NCBI GenBank assembly: GCA_030141605.1
Contig: JAQGDQ010000304.1
Span: forward strand, 1-64,000
From: Tubiluchus corallicola
Lineage: Eukaryota > Animalia > Priapulida
Length of the DNA stretch: 64,000 nucleotides
Reading direction: 5' to 3'
Shown: piece after piece, positions 37,677 to 48,500 of the stretch
Position numbering within the stretch: position 1 is the first letter of the stretch
How the letters are laid out: each line of letters starts with the position of its first letter
Translations under genes and position numbers: made by a program
The notes under the pieces: generated by a model
Database searches by the model: none
What the model saw: only the letters and a program-made list of their open reading frames with translations
What the model was told of the DNA's origin: nothing

Positions 37677-40502
37677 CTAGTTGCCCCCCTCAACCTCCTT
37701 CTTCGGCATCAACCTAACAGTTATACAGTTTTCAAAATTCCAAATACGCTTTGCCATAGTTGCCAAGGACTCTTTTGACAGGTTGCTTACCTCGCGGCCA
37801 AACTGCTCAAACGCCCCAAAGTTGCCATCCCTATTCATATAGAAGCTCTTCATTATAGATAGCCAAAAGGAGTTCTCCCTGAGACTTATCTCTCTCTCTC
37901 TGAGCATTTTTTCACGAGCCTTATCCACCTCCTCAATACTAGGTCCATTATTAATAATATCATGAATTTCATCAAAAACATACTCCTTCAGCTCATCTAT
38001 TTTTTGCGGCGATGTACCATAATATATCGTCATTTCATATCCGGGCACAGGGAACCTGTCAAAGCCCGGTGACGCCCCAATATAATAGACACTTGACTTG
38101 TCCTCTCGTATGTTCTCCAATAACCGGGTCGATAATATCTTACCCAAGGCATTTAGCTCCACAATATTTTTAGTATCGTACTCCAACTTCCCATGAAACA
38201 GTATATACTGAATGCTTTTGGGTTCTATACCCTTATATACGCTCTTTTCAATCACCCCTCCAGGCTTCCTTATACCCAGGTCTTTCCATGTTTCGACACT
38301 CCCTGAAGAGGGTATGGACGCTAGATAGGTTTCTGTTAAACACCTCAGAGTATCTGCATTAATATTTCCTACAAAAATATATACCACGCCTTCAGCATTG
38401 GAAAATCGCTCCCTCGAAATTGCCTTCACTCTCTCAAAATCCGCTTCATCTATAATCTCTTTTGTAAGGGGCCTCATTGCCGGATGGTAATCTGCAACAG
38501 TGACCTTGAATGTATCAGAAAGAGCCGCTTCCGGGGAGGCATCTCTATTTTCAAATTGGCTTTTAAGCCTCGTTGTATAAGAGGTGAACGCTATTTCGTC
38601 AAATCGTGGCTTTGTACAGTACAGGTTGATCAACTGAAAAAGTATTTCAATATCATCAACAGAAGCAGACCCGTCAAATCCCTGAGTAAGCATACGGATA
38701 AACGGAGACACATCAACATCATTTCCCGCAAGCATTTTCTCCAGTACTGTTAGCTTAAAGTCAGCTACACCACTTAAAGCCATTACCGAAGCAGCAAATT
38801 TAGCCGAAATATTGTCCTCCTGTCCATACAGCGAATACCCACCCTTTGCATAAGAGGTGAACAGAATCTCATCATCTTTAAAATCTGTCTGCTTAAACAC
38901 CACCTTTGAGCCATTTGAAAGCGTCCACTCTGTAGCATCAATCTCCTCTATAGCGGTTTCAGATAATATGTTCCCCGGCGTGGGAATACTCTCCATTATA
39001 GGCCTGTCGGTCACCTCGTCTTTATAAACCTCCAAAGCCAACCCTTCCATCTCTTCCAGCAGCGCTCTGACCTCTTCTTCTGTAGGGACAGAAGTGCTCT
39101 CAGTTTCAGGAGCAGTAATTATCACCACCCTGTTCTTTTCGGTTATCCACCTATCTGCAAGCGCATTTATATCTGCAAGCTCAATAGCAGGCAGGAATGC
39201 CTGATAATACTTATATTCATTTTCCAGCCCCGGAACCGGCTCTTTCCTCATCAGAAAGTTGCGAGACAGCTCCATTGCCAACGCTTCAGATTCTCGTTTA
39301 TCTATTTCATTATATGCACTCTCAATATGTTTTAACATGGATACTTTCGCGCGCTCCAGCTCACTATCAGTAAACCCAAATCTCTTCACCCTCTCATTCT
39401 CTATTAATACCGCCTTCAACCCTTCTACTATTTTGCCGGGATGTGAAACAGACATTGAACTGTATACATCCGATGGGCCTATCAGACTTCCATACCCGGT
39501 ACTTCCATAAATAAACGGGGGATTATCGCTTTGTGTCAGCTCAGATAGCCTGTCATTGATCATCCGGTTATAAATATTCTGAAGTATTATCTTTCTATAA
39601 TCATTAATAGTGCTGTGCCTCTCCATAGGGTGCTTGATATAAACACTTGCGACAGAGTAAACCGCCTCCTCGTCTGTTACAACCTTAACAAGTGTCTTAT
39701 CGTGCCCGGGTACATGAAAATCAGGTTTTTCTCTGGGAGAGCTATGTGCCGGTATTTTCGAAAACCTCTCTTTCACCCGCTCCACCATCTCCTCCCTATC
39801 AAAGTCCCCAACAACTATTACAGCCTGTAATTCCGGCCTGTACCAATCTTTTCTAAATCGACGCACTACATCCGGCGAACAATTATCTATTATATCTATT
39901 TTACCTATTGGTAATCTCTCGGCATACCTTGAATTGTGCAAAAAAATAGGAAGCCACCGTTGCATCATACGATCGTTGGCGCCACGTCCCCCCCTCCACT
40001 CTTCGCGTATTACCCCGCGCTCCTTCTTGATCTCCTCATCAGAATCTGTAACCTGGCATGCCCAGTCATAAAGCACCTGAAGGCCATTCCTCATATACTC
40101 ATCATCGTCCAGAGGAATTTTTAGCATATACACTGTTTCATCAAAGCTTGTATAGGCATTTATCTCCGGACCAAAATTCATCCCAACAGATTCAAAATAT
40201 TTTACCAGGTCATTTCTAGGGAAATTTTTTGTGCCATTAAAACTCATGTGCTCACAAAAGTGTGCTATCCCCAGCTGATCCTCATCTTCCAACACAGAAC
40301 CTGCTGAAATAACCAGCATTAATTCAGCACGGTTTTTGGGAGTAGAGTTAGCTTTCACATAATAGGTAAGTCCATTGCCTAAAACACCTTTTGACGTGGC
40401 CGTGTCGAAAGGAAGAGGAGCGCTTAGGGATAAATCCTGGGCTCCAGTACCATGATACGCAATGACAAGGGCGTATAGAATTATAAAAAACTGCTTCATC
40501 AT
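37677..40502 (-). CDS. M16 zinc peptidase (PqqL-like)
   Basis: Signal peptide, LGNGLTYY, HFCEH inverted zincin, NAYTSFDET, second LSNG domain. Confidence 0.9.
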   Translation of the reverse strand: MMKQFFIILYALVIAYHGTGAQDLSLSAPLPFDTATSKGVLGNGLTYYVKANSTPKNRAELMLVISAGSVLEDEDQLGIAHFCEHMSFNGTKNFPRNDLVKYFESVGMNFGPEINAYTSFDETVYMLKIPLDDDEYMRNGLQVLYDWACQVTDSDEEIKKERGVIREEWRGGRGANDRMMQRWLPIFLHNSRYAERLPIGKIDIIDNCSPDVVRRFRKDWYRPELQAVIVVGDFDREEMVERVKERFSKIPAHSSPREKPDFHVPGHDKTLVKVVTDEEAVYSVASVYIKHPMERHSTINDYRKIILQNIYNRMINDRLSELTQSDNPPFIYGSTGYGSLIGPSDVYSSMSVSHPGKIVEGLKAVLIENERVKRFGFTDSELERAKVSMLKHIESAYNEIDKRESEALAMELSRNFLMRKEPVPGLENEYKYYQAFLPAIELADINALADRWITEKNRVVIITAPETESTSVPTEEEVRALLEEMEGLALEVYKDEVTDRPIMESIPTPGNILSETAIEEIDATEWTLSNGSKVVFKQTDFKDDEILFTSYAKGGYSLYGQEDNISAKFAASVMALSGVADFKLTVLEKMLAGNDVDVSPFIRMLTQGFDGSASVDDIEILFQLINLYCTKPRFDEIAFTSYTTRLKSQFENRDASPEAALSDTFKVTVADYHPAMRPLTKEIIDEADFERVKAISRERFSNAEGVVYIFVGNINADTLRCLTETYLASIPSSGSVETWKDLGIRKPGGVIEKSVYKGIEPKSIQYILFHGKLEYDTKNIVELNALGKILSTRLLENIREDKSSVYYIGASPGFDRFPVPGYEMTIYYGTSPQKIDELKEYVFDEIHDIINNGPSIEEVDKAREKMLREREISLRENSFWLSIMKSFYMNRDGNFGAFEQFGREVSNLSKESLATMAKRIWNFENCITVRLMPKKEVEGGN

Positions 40503-40549
40503 AACTATACTTTTGCGGGATAGACTAAAGTACACAAATAATACAAACT

Positions 40550-40673
40550 GAGGCCTTTGTTAAAAGGCAATTTTGATTATGTCTGAGGGAAATCCAGTAA
40601 AAAGGCGCAGCTTATCAATGTAAACCAGGACCTTAGTGAAAGTCTTAATAAAATATGAATTTTGCAAAAACTC
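40550..40673 (+). mobile_element. MITE-like repeat family, copy K
   Basis: GAGGCCTTTGTTAAA...CTGAGGGAAATCC...CGCAGCTTATCAATGTAAACCAGGA...AATAAAATATGAATTTTGCAAAAACTC. Confidence 0.72.
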
Positions 40674-40766
40674 CTCTATAGAACGCTCATAGAAAAAACA
40701 GGATCAGGCCAACCTTACTCTGGCAGACGAGCTAACATAACATAAGAGAGAGTATTAAAGTAGCTG

Positions 40767-41489
40767 TTACTCTTTCCTGCCCTCTGTCATAAGGAAGTCA
40801 AAATTGTCATTGCTTGTTAACTCAACAGGAGTAGTGCCTTTCATAAAAATGCGCACTTTTCGTTCTCCTTTCAGCCTTAACCTACCATTTTCATAATGGA
40901 ACATAGTTCCCTCCCGCAATCCTGCTACATAGGTTTTATGATTGGCCTCAATGAACTCCTCAATACGCTGTTCACGCGTTTCTCCACCATGATTTTTGGG
41001 ATTATAATCAATGTAATGTGGATTTATTTGAAACGGCACCAGACTCATACACTTAAAACTCAAAGGGTCAACAATAGGCATGTCATTTGTAGTCTTAAGT
41101 GTAGGACAGGCAATATTTGAGCCGGCACTCCACCCTATATACGGTGCTCCTGCCAATACCTTTTTGCGAATAATATCCATTATCGAGTTTTCATGTATTG
41201 TGCGTGCCAACTGCCATGTGTTTCCACCACCCACAATAATGGCTTCCGCCTGCTCCACTGCCTTCACCGGATCGCTAAAACGGTGTATGCCCTTAATATG
41301 GTGTCCTATCTCTGAAAAACGCTTTTCCACCTTCGACTCATACATGTCAAACGAAAAAGTTACTGCTGCATAAGGAATAAACAGTGCCGTTACCGGTTTT
41401 TTGCCAAGAAAATTACCAATTTCCCTACCGGGATAGCCCAGGTAAGGCTCACCCGGCATAGTTGAATTACTTAAAAGCAGCAGCCGCAT
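40767..41489 (-). CDS. pepE: Dipeptidase E (S51)
   Basis: LLLLSNST, GGGNT, YIGWSAG, TTNDMP, QINPHY, GETREQRI. Confidence 0.94.
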   Translation of the reverse strand: MRLLLLSNSTMPGEPYLGYPGREIGNFLGKKPVTALFIPYAAVTFSFDMYESKVEKRFSEIGHHIKGIHRFSDPVKAVEQAEAIIVGGGNTWQLARTIHENSIMDIIRKKVLAGAPYIGWSAGSNIACPTLKTTNDMPIVDPLSFKCMSLVPFQINPHYIDYNPKNHGGETREQRIEEFIEANHKTYVAGLREGTMFHYENGRLRLKGERKVRIFMKGTTPVELTSNDNFDFLMTEGRKE

Positions 41490-41541
41490 ATAATTGTTAT
41501 ACTGTAATTTTTAACTTTAAACTTATCATATAAATATCCGC

Positions 41542-42474
41542 CTAAAATTTGATTAAACCAAGCCCCACAGTAAATGGATTCATATCAGGACCTCTCCCAT
41601 CTTTAAAAAACGGGGTTAAATAGTACGTGGCAAATATATTTATTCCCCCATATCCTATCCTAAACGTTGTACCGCAGCGAAAGGGAGATATATTAAAATC
41701 ATCAAAATCTTTATTCTTGACACCACCATGTTTGACTTTTGTATGTGAGCTGAGTTTTATACCCCCAATTGCTCCCCCCGAAATATGTATTCGCTCACGG
41801 CCTTTTCTCAATGGTATTTGATACTCCAGTATTAAAGGCACATGGAGGTACATCGTAGAAATTTTACTCTTTTCAAAACCACTGGATGTTAGCTTTACAG
41901 GTTCCGTCCTACCATCAACATTTTCAATTGTATATTGATTTGAAAAGCGATAATCGTTGAAATTCAGCCCAATCCCTGAAATCAGCCCTAAAGTATTATT
42001 ATTTTTCTGAAGACCTATACTGTACTTAAGAAAATTGATATTTACCTCATAAGACTTATTGTGATTTACATCCATCCAGTTCTTATCTTCATACCCTGAG
42101 TAGTCTACAGTTGTAAAACTGTTCACACCCATCTCAAAAAACAGCCAACTTCCCTTGAACCTGGGACGGTACCCCGTCCACTTCTCATAGTCGTCATCGC
42201 TAAGCCTATTAATTTCGACCTTTCTCTTTCCATCTTTCTCAGCTACAATAATGGTCTTTCTCCCCACCCTAACCTGCACTGTATCCACACCAGAATCTAT
42301 AACTTCAATACTTTTCCCCACTTTTACCTCCGACCTATTTCCATTTTCTAGCACTTTTACAACTCCCCCTCCAAAAGCATTCACCTCGGTTGTAGTACCC
42401 TGTGCCCTTGCTGTGTACGCACTCAGAAAAAATGGTAAAATAGTCAACAACACCTTACTCATAACATTGCTCAT
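41542..42474 (-). CDS. Outer-membrane beta-barrel protein (PorT-like)
   Basis: Signal peptide, YLHVPLILEY, alternating beta strands, terminal Phe. Confidence 0.7.
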   Translation of the reverse strand: MSNVMSKVLLTILPFFLSAYTARAQGTTTEVNAFGGGVVKVLENGNRSEVKVGKSIEVIDSGVDTVQVRVGRKTIIVAEKDGKRKVEINRLSDDDYEKWTGYRPRFKGSWLFFEMGVNSFTTVDYSGYEDKNWMDVNHNKSYEVNINFLKYSIGLQKNNNTLGLISGIGLNFNDYRFSNQYTIENVDGRTEPVKLTSSGFEKSKISTMYLHVPLILEYQIPLRKGRERIHISGGAIGGIKLSSHTKVKHGGVKNKDFDDFNISPFRCGTTFRIGYGGINIFATYYLTPFFKDGRGPDMNPFTVGLGLIKF

Positions 42475-42762
42475 ATCCTATAAATTTTTAAATAATAAGA
42501 CTCAGGGGACTTTAAATCTTCTTTCAAAATATAAGTTCCAAAGAAAAAAAGACCCTCTTTAATTAGCGTTAGTACCACTAAATAAATTTATTTTATAAGT
42601 AAAGACGAGCAGGCAAATACTTTGCTGCACCATTTTTTTTATCATATCAATATTTCACAGCATTTTGATACTTCCACAAAACCTACACCGAAGAATATCC
42701 AGTATCTCAGAAGCCCCATCCTGTAATGTAAATGACACTTCAAATAAATTTTATCGCCCACT

Positions 42763-44382
42763 TCACTTTAAAGAAGTCTCTCTGTTATCTGCCTCCAAAA
42801 TTGCTCTTTGCAATATTTCATCAATACTGCCAATAATAGGATAAAAGCCCTCTTCTCCTATAATGTTTCTTGCTATATAAGCCATTATCCGCGCCTTTAA
42901 GATTTCCGCACAAACTTCTACACCTTCTCTGTCATAAGGGACATGCTCTTCCTCTGCATATTTGATAAACTCATCAAATACATTCGCTTTTTCTAGGTAG
43001 GCGGTAAACTCCTTGGCAGATTTAAATTTTTTCAACTTTTCTCTTTCCCTGTCGGCATACATAAGGGCAAACCTGTATGTAAGGCCTTTACGAACTACAC
43101 TTACAAAATAGTCTGACCTCCACTCACTATCTCTCTTCACAACGATATCAGGCATAATTCCACCACCTCCATACACCGCTCTTCCATTGCGGGTAAAGTA
43201 AGTTAGTGAGTCTGAAAGCTGTATGCTATCTCCTCTCTCTGCCTCTTCACTAATATGCCTACTCATTATGTCTTCATAGTATTTATCTACTCCATTGTCA
43301 TAAGGCTTCTGTATGCACCTTCCCGAAGGAGTGTGGTATCTAGCCACAGTTAGCCGCATTGAAGAGCCATCCTGAAACGATATCTGTTCCTGCACTAGCC
43401 CTTTCCCAAACGAACGATTACCTATAATAGTCCCCCTATCATTATCCTGTAACGCCCCCGCCATAATTTCACTTGCCGAAGCTGAAAACTCATCAATAAG
43501 CACAATCACGCTTTTATCAAGATACTTGCCATCTTTCATTGCATTATAAATTCTGTGCGGATGGCTTCTACCCTCAGTATAAACTATCATCTCTCCCTTA
43601 CCCAAGAACTCTCTTACCATCTGTATTACAGCTAGAAGATATCCTCCCGGATTCCCCCGCAAATCCACAATTATACTTTCGACTCCATGCTCATCAAGCC
43701 CTTCAAGCGCTTCCGTAAACTCTTCATATGTTTTTTCTGCAAACCTGCTTACCTTTATATAACCTGTAAAATCATTAATCATATATGATACATCAACGCT
43801 GTATAAAGGAATATCCCCTCTGATAATATCAAAATCTATCAACTCAGGATAGCCTCTTCTAAGTATCTCAACCCTAACGTGCGTACCTTTCTCTCCTCGT
43901 AGCTTATCCATCACCTTTTTATTGGTAATTCCAACCCCTGCAATAAGCGTATCATCAACACTTACAATACGGTCACCTGCTAATATGCCAAGAAGGTGTG
44001 AAGGAGCACCGGATATTACGTCAACTACCAGCACAGTGTCACTCTGTATATTAAACTGTATACCTATACCACTGAAATTACCTGACATCTTCTCCGTCAC
44101 CTCTTGCATATACTCTACAGGGATATAGCTTGTATGCGGATCCAACTGCCTCAGAATCTCAGGGATAGCCACATCTTCCAGCTCCGCCATATCTATCTCC
44201 TCTACATAATGTCTCCTTATTACATCAAGAATCGTATTTATCTTATTCTTGCCCGTGCCTATAAAAATGGAAGTTCGCGCTCTTTGCTTTTCTATCGCTA
44301 CTCCCAGAAAAGCACCTATTAAAACTGCTACTATAAGCAAAATAAAATACCTGCTACCTTTGTTGCGCCTTCTTCTGCTCAT
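42763..44382 (-). CDS. S41 C-terminal processing peptidase (CtpA-like)
   Basis: LDPHTSY, PDZ domain, DLRGNPGG, SASASEI, SFGKGLVQ. Confidence 0.92.
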   Translation of the reverse strand: MSRRRRNKGSRYFILLIVAVLIGAFLGVAIEKQRARTSIFIGTGKNKINTILDVIRRHYVEEIDMAELEDVAIPEILRQLDPHTSYIPVEYMQEVTEKMSGNFSGIGIQFNIQSDTVLVVDVISGAPSHLLGILAGDRIVSVDDTLIAGVGITNKKVMDKLRGEKGTHVRVEILRRGYPELIDFDIIRGDIPLYSVDVSYMINDFTGYIKVSRFAEKTYEEFTEALEGLDEHGVESIIVDLRGNPGGYLLAVIQMVREFLGKGEMIVYTEGRSHPHRIYNAMKDGKYLDKSVIVLIDEFSASASEIMAGALQDNDRGTIIGNRSFGKGLVQEQISFQDGSSMRLTVARYHTPSGRCIQKPYDNGVDKYYEDIMSRHISEEAERGDSIQLSDSLTYFTRNGRAVYGGGGIMPDIVVKRDSEWRSDYFVSVVRKGLTYRFALMYADREREKLKKFKSAKEFTAYLEKANVFDEFIKYAEEEHVPYDREGVEVCAEILKARIMAYIARNIIGEEGFYPIIGSIDEILQRAILEADNRETSLK

Positions 44383-44412
44383 AACTTACATAATAAAATT
44401 ACACTATTCGCT

Positions 44413-44853
44413 TTATTTCAACTCCACCTCGCATATGTCAAGATGTACAACCTCTACACCTGCCTTCTTAAGAAGCTCAACACCATCATTTAAACGGTAT
44501 TGATCACAAAATACCACTCTTACTATCCCCGCCTGTATTATAAGCTTCGAGCACTCCAAGCATGGAGAAGATGTAACATAAAGAGTAGAGCCATTACTGC
44601 TGTTTCCGGATTTGGCAACTTTGGTTATTGCATTGGCTTCAGCATGTAGTACATATGGCTTAGTTAAATTTTTCTCATCTTCACAATTGTTCTCAAACCC
44701 CGAAGGAGTACCGTTATACCCGTCAGATATAATCATCCTGTCTCTTACAAGCAAAGCTCCAACCTGTCGCCTCTTACAATAGGAACTCTCCGCCCATATG
44801 CGAGCCATAGCCAAATATCTCCTGTCAAGAGTGAGCTGTTTATCCTCTTCCAT
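44413..44853 (-). CDS. dCMP deaminase (ComEB family)
   Basis: DGYNGTPSG, HAEANAI, PCLEC. Confidence 0.92.
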   Translation of the reverse strand: MEEDKQLTLDRRYLAMARIWAESSYCKRRQVGALLVRDRMIISDGYNGTPSGFENNCEDEKNLTKPYVLHAEANAITKVAKSGNSSNGSTLYVTSSPCLECSKLIIQAGIVRVVFCDQYRLNDGVELLKKAGVEVVHLDICEVELK

Positions 44854-44870
44854 AAATATATCTATATGCC

Positions 44871-45019
44871 GAACCCCTAATAAAAACTACCTATCTGTAT
44901 TATTTTATCTATTTTCCTACCGATGTTATTTCTAAGACCCTATAATCGCACCGATAAACTGCAGTCTCTAACCAAACTCTCAGTTTGAGCCTAAAGTCTT
45001 TTGCCTTGCAGCAAAGCTC
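44871..45019 (-). mobile_element. MITE-like repeat family, copy N (reverse orientation)
   Basis: Reverse complement reads GAGCTTTGCTGCAAGGCAAAAGACTTTAGGCTCAAACTGAG...ACTGCAGTTTATCGGTG...GGGGTTC. Confidence 0.6.
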
Positions 45020-45131
45020 ATTTCACTCACAAAGCTAACAGAATTTGTCTTTATTTTCTTCATGGCATGGCAAAAGATATTGACCGTTAAAAAAAGATTG
45101 CACTATATTTGTGCCTAACAACTACAAGATT

Positions 45132-45842
45132 ATGCTTAAATACAAACGAGTTTTACTAAAACTCTCGGGAGAGTCGCTAATGGGGTCACAGCAATTCGGA
45201 ATTGACAACAAGCGGCTTATTGATTACGCAGAGGAAATTAAAGAAATTACCCTCATGGGGGTACAAATGGGAATTGTGGTTGGTGGAGGCAATATTTTTA
45301 GGGGAGTTAGTGGTGCTTTGAACGGCTTTGATAGGGTAAAAGGTGACCAGACGGGAATGCTAGCTACTGTCATAAACAGCCTTGCTCTTGAATCGGCACT
45401 ACACTCTGTCGGAGTAAAAACAAGGGTTTTTACAGCCATAAGGATGGAGCCAATAGGAAACTTTTACTCACGCGATAAAGCAGTGGAAGCTATAGAAAAA
45501 GGGATAGTAGCCATCTTCTCGGCAGGGACTGGAAACCCATACTTCACAACAGACTCAGGATCAGCACTGCGTGCTATTGAGACTGGAGCAGATGTTATGC
45601 TAAAGGGAACGCGTGTTGATGGTATATATGAGTCAGACCCTGAAAAAAATATAAACGCTATAAAATTTGACAATATCACATACGATGAGGCCTACTCGAG
45701 GCAATTACGCATTATGGATCTCACCGCTACTGTAATGTGCAAGGAAAACAACATGCCAATTGTGGTTTTCAACATGAACAAAAAAGGAAACCTCACACGC
45801 CTACTAAAAGGTGAAAATATAGGAACCACTGTTAGGCACTGA
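45132..45842 (+). CDS. pyrH: UMP kinase
   Basis: RVLLKLSGE, GGGNIFRG, GTGNPYFTTD; TATATTTG -7 element at 45104-45111. Confidence 0.96.
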   Translation: MLKYKRVLLKLSGESLMGSQQFGIDNKRLIDYAEEIKEITLMGVQMGIVVGGGNIFRGVSGALNGFDRVKGDQTGMLATVINSLALESALHSVGVKTRVFTAIRMEPIGNFYSRDKAVEAIEKGIVAIFSAGTGNPYFTTDSGSALRAIETGADVMLKGTRVDGIYESDPEKNINAIKFDNITYDEAYSRQLRIMDLTATVMCKENNMPIVVFNMNKKGNLTRLLKGENIGTTVRH

Positions 45843-46143
45843 CATGTCGATGAAAAAGCTAAAAGAAGAAGTCCCTGGACTCCTTTTAAAGAACGTTTAT
45901 TAATAAAGAAAGCGGTAATAAAGCCTTAATTAATAACAGATAGAACACCTATAATAATATCATTAAGACCCCTCTCTTTGTGATTATAACCTTAGCACAA
46001 AACTAAGATTATAGTTAAATACTAAAGATAAGCGGAACTTTTAGCCGTATAAAAATTATGAAATCTCATATTGTTTTCTTAACAATTAATTACTACTTTT
46101 AACCTTCATAAAATTTCAATGTTAAACAAAAATCTGTGCACTT

Positions 46144-48246
46144 GTGAAAAGATTTACATTACTGACGCTACTTGCAGTTCTGGTCATGACATCCTGTAAA
46201 AATGAAAAAAAGGCTGGAAATCCATTCTTTGAAGCTTACAACACACAATTTGCAGTACCCCCTTTTGACAAAATATCCAGTGAGCACTTCTTGCCGGCTA
46301 TAGAAGAGGGGATAAAACAAGAAAAAGAGGAGATCAAAAAGATAGTCTCTAACAGTGATGCTCCTACATTTGAAAACACAATCCTTGCTCTGGAATACAG
46401 TGGAGAACTACTGAGGAGTGCCAGCACAGTATTTTACAACTTGCGGTCGGCTAACACCAGCGACGAAATGCAAAAACTGGCTGAGACTATTGTCCCAAAA
46501 TTATCTAAACACTCCGACGACATAAGCCTGAACGAAGAACTTTTTAAGCGAGTTAAAGAGCTTTACAACAACAGAAAGAATCTGAAGTTGAATGTTGAAG
46601 AACTAAGGCTTCTGGAGGAGGTTCATAAAAACTTTATACGTAGTGGTGCAAACCTACCTGATGATAAAAAAGAACAACTAAAAAAAATCAATGAAGAGTT
46701 AGCAACGCTGACACTCCAGTTTAGTGATAATGTATTAAAAGAGACTAATAATTTTAAACTGATTGTTGAAAATAAGGCAGACTTGGCGGGGCTCACAAAA
46801 TCAATAATAAGTGCTGCAGCCGACGATGCAAAATCTGCCGGGTTAGATGGCAAATGGGTGTTTACCCTTCATAAGCCCAGCTGGATACCATTCCTTACAT
46901 ACTCAGAAAAACGCAATTTGCGTGAAAAGCTGTACAAAGCTATGTATAACCGTGGTGAAAGTAGCAATAAAAAGATTATAAACAAGCAGGTAAATCTTCG
47001 CTTGCAGAAGGCCAATCTTATGGGATTTGACAACTGGTCAGCATTTATGCTGGACAACCGTATGGCAAAAGAGCCCGGCAATGTGTACAAGCTGCTGGAT
47101 AAGCTATGGCAACCTGCCCTTAAAATAGCAAAACTGGAAGCTGAAGACATGCAGAAAATAATAAAAGAAGAAGGAGCCAACTTTAACCTCGAAAGCTGGG
47201 ACTGGTGGTACTACGCAGAAAAAGTACGAAAAGCAAAATTTGACCTTGACGATGAGCAACTACGCCCTTACTTTGAGCTGAATAATGTCTTAAATGGTGC
47301 TTTCACTGTCTCAAACAGGCTATACGGGCTCACATTTGAGGAGTTGAACGATATGCCCATATATCACCCCGAATGCCGGGTCTTTGAAGTGAAAGAGAAA
47401 GATGGAACTCATGTAGGAGTCCTGTATGCCGACTTCCACCCACGCGCTTCAAAGCGCGGTGGAGCATGGATGACAAGCTACAGAAAACAACGCTTCTCCA
47501 AAGACGGAAAAGAGATACGCCCTGTCATATCTATCGTATGTAACTTTTCTAAACCAACGGGCGACAAACCTGCTCTACTTAGCTTTGACGAAGTAGAGAC
47601 ACTTTTCCATGAATTTGGGCATGCCCTGCACGGACTATTGTCAAACTGCCGCTTTAACAGCCTGTCAGGAACATCCGTTCCAAGAGATTTTGTGGAACTG
47701 CCATCGCAAATAATGGAGCATTGGGTGGCTCAGCCAGAGGTGCTAAACCTTTACGCAAAACATTATAAAACAGGAGAAACAATACCACAGGAACTAATAA
47801 ATAAGCTCGACAAGGCAAGTAAATTTAACCAGGGATTTGTTACAGTAGAATATCTCGCTGCGTCAGTTCTAGACATGGACTATCACACTATATCAGAAGA
47901 AGGAAATATTAATATTGATGAGTTTGAAAGAAACTCAATGAACAAAATAGGGCTTATTAATGAAATTATACCCCGTTATAAATCAACATACTTCGCACAT
48001 ATTTTTTCAAGCCCATCAGGATACTCTAGCGGGTACTATAGTTACATATGGGCAGAAGTACTTGACTCTGACGCTTTCGAAGCATTTAAAGAGGCGGGTA
48101 ATATTTTTGATCAGAATGTTGCCAGCTCATTCAGAAAAAATATTCTGGAAAAAGGAGGTACAGATGAAGCAATGAAACTCTATCTTAACTTTCGTGGTAA
48201 AGAGCCAAGTATAGAGCCACTGCTTGCAAATAGAGGATTGAACTAA
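46144..48246 (+). CDS. dcp: M3A peptidyl-dipeptidase Dcp-like lipoprotein
   Basis: VMTSC lipobox, KRGGAWM, FHEFGHALH, DFVELPSQ, GYYSY. Confidence 0.9.
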   Translation: MKRFTLLTLLAVLVMTSCKNEKKAGNPFFEAYNTQFAVPPFDKISSEHFLPAIEEGIKQEKEEIKKIVSNSDAPTFENTILALEYSGELLRSASTVFYNLRSANTSDEMQKLAETIVPKLSKHSDDISLNEELFKRVKELYNNRKNLKLNVEELRLLEEVHKNFIRSGANLPDDKKEQLKKINEELATLTLQFSDNVLKETNNFKLIVENKADLAGLTKSIISAAADDAKSAGLDGKWVFTLHKPSWIPFLTYSEKRNLREKLYKAMYNRGESSNKKIINKQVNLRLQKANLMGFDNWSAFMLDNRMAKEPGNVYKLLDKLWQPALKIAKLEAEDMQKIIKEEGANFNLESWDWWYYAEKVRKAKFDLDDEQLRPYFELNNVLNGAFTVSNRLYGLTFEELNDMPIYHPECRVFEVKEKDGTHVGVLYADFHPRASKRGGAWMTSYRKQRFSKDGKEIRPVISIVCNFSKPTGDKPALLSFDEVETLFHEFGHALHGLLSNCRFNSLSGTSVPRDFVELPSQIMEHWVAQPEVLNLYAKHYKTGETIPQELINKLDKASKFNQGFVTVEYLAASVLDMDYHTISEEGNINIDEFERNSMNKIGLINEIIPRYKSTYFAHIFSSPSGYSSGYYSYIWAEVLDSDAFEAFKEAGNIFDQNVASSFRKNILEKGGTDEAMKLYLNFRGKEPSIEPLLANRGLN

Positions 48247-48289
48247 GCAGGGTTTCAATAAAAACTCCATAGGGAAAAAAGCTTTCTGT

Positions 48290-48437
48290 AGACTCTTTGC
48301 AAAAAACTGATGCTTTTTTGCAAAGAGAAATACCTTGAATCAGATTGATAAGAGGTTCGGTAAGAAATCGCAGCATACCAGCGGAAATGAATGTTTTGAC
48401 AAAAACATTCATGAAAAATAGGATCTGTAAAGGCCCC
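48290..48437 (+). mobile_element. MITE-like repeat family, copy L (divergent, with a small internal hairpin)
   Basis: AGACTCTTTGCAAAA...AATCGCAGCATAC...TTTTGACAAAAACATTCATGAAAAATAGGATCTGTAAAGGCCCC. Confidence 0.6.
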
Positions 48438-48500
48438 AAAAGATATAGCTATAAACAGCTGACACTAAAAAGAATCTTATAAGACCCCCACCAGCAAGAA

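Noticed and set aside
45843-45930. Further possible repeat copies here and near 12630-12730 and 13790-13815
   Set aside because: Only scattered short motif matches; too degenerate to call by eye.
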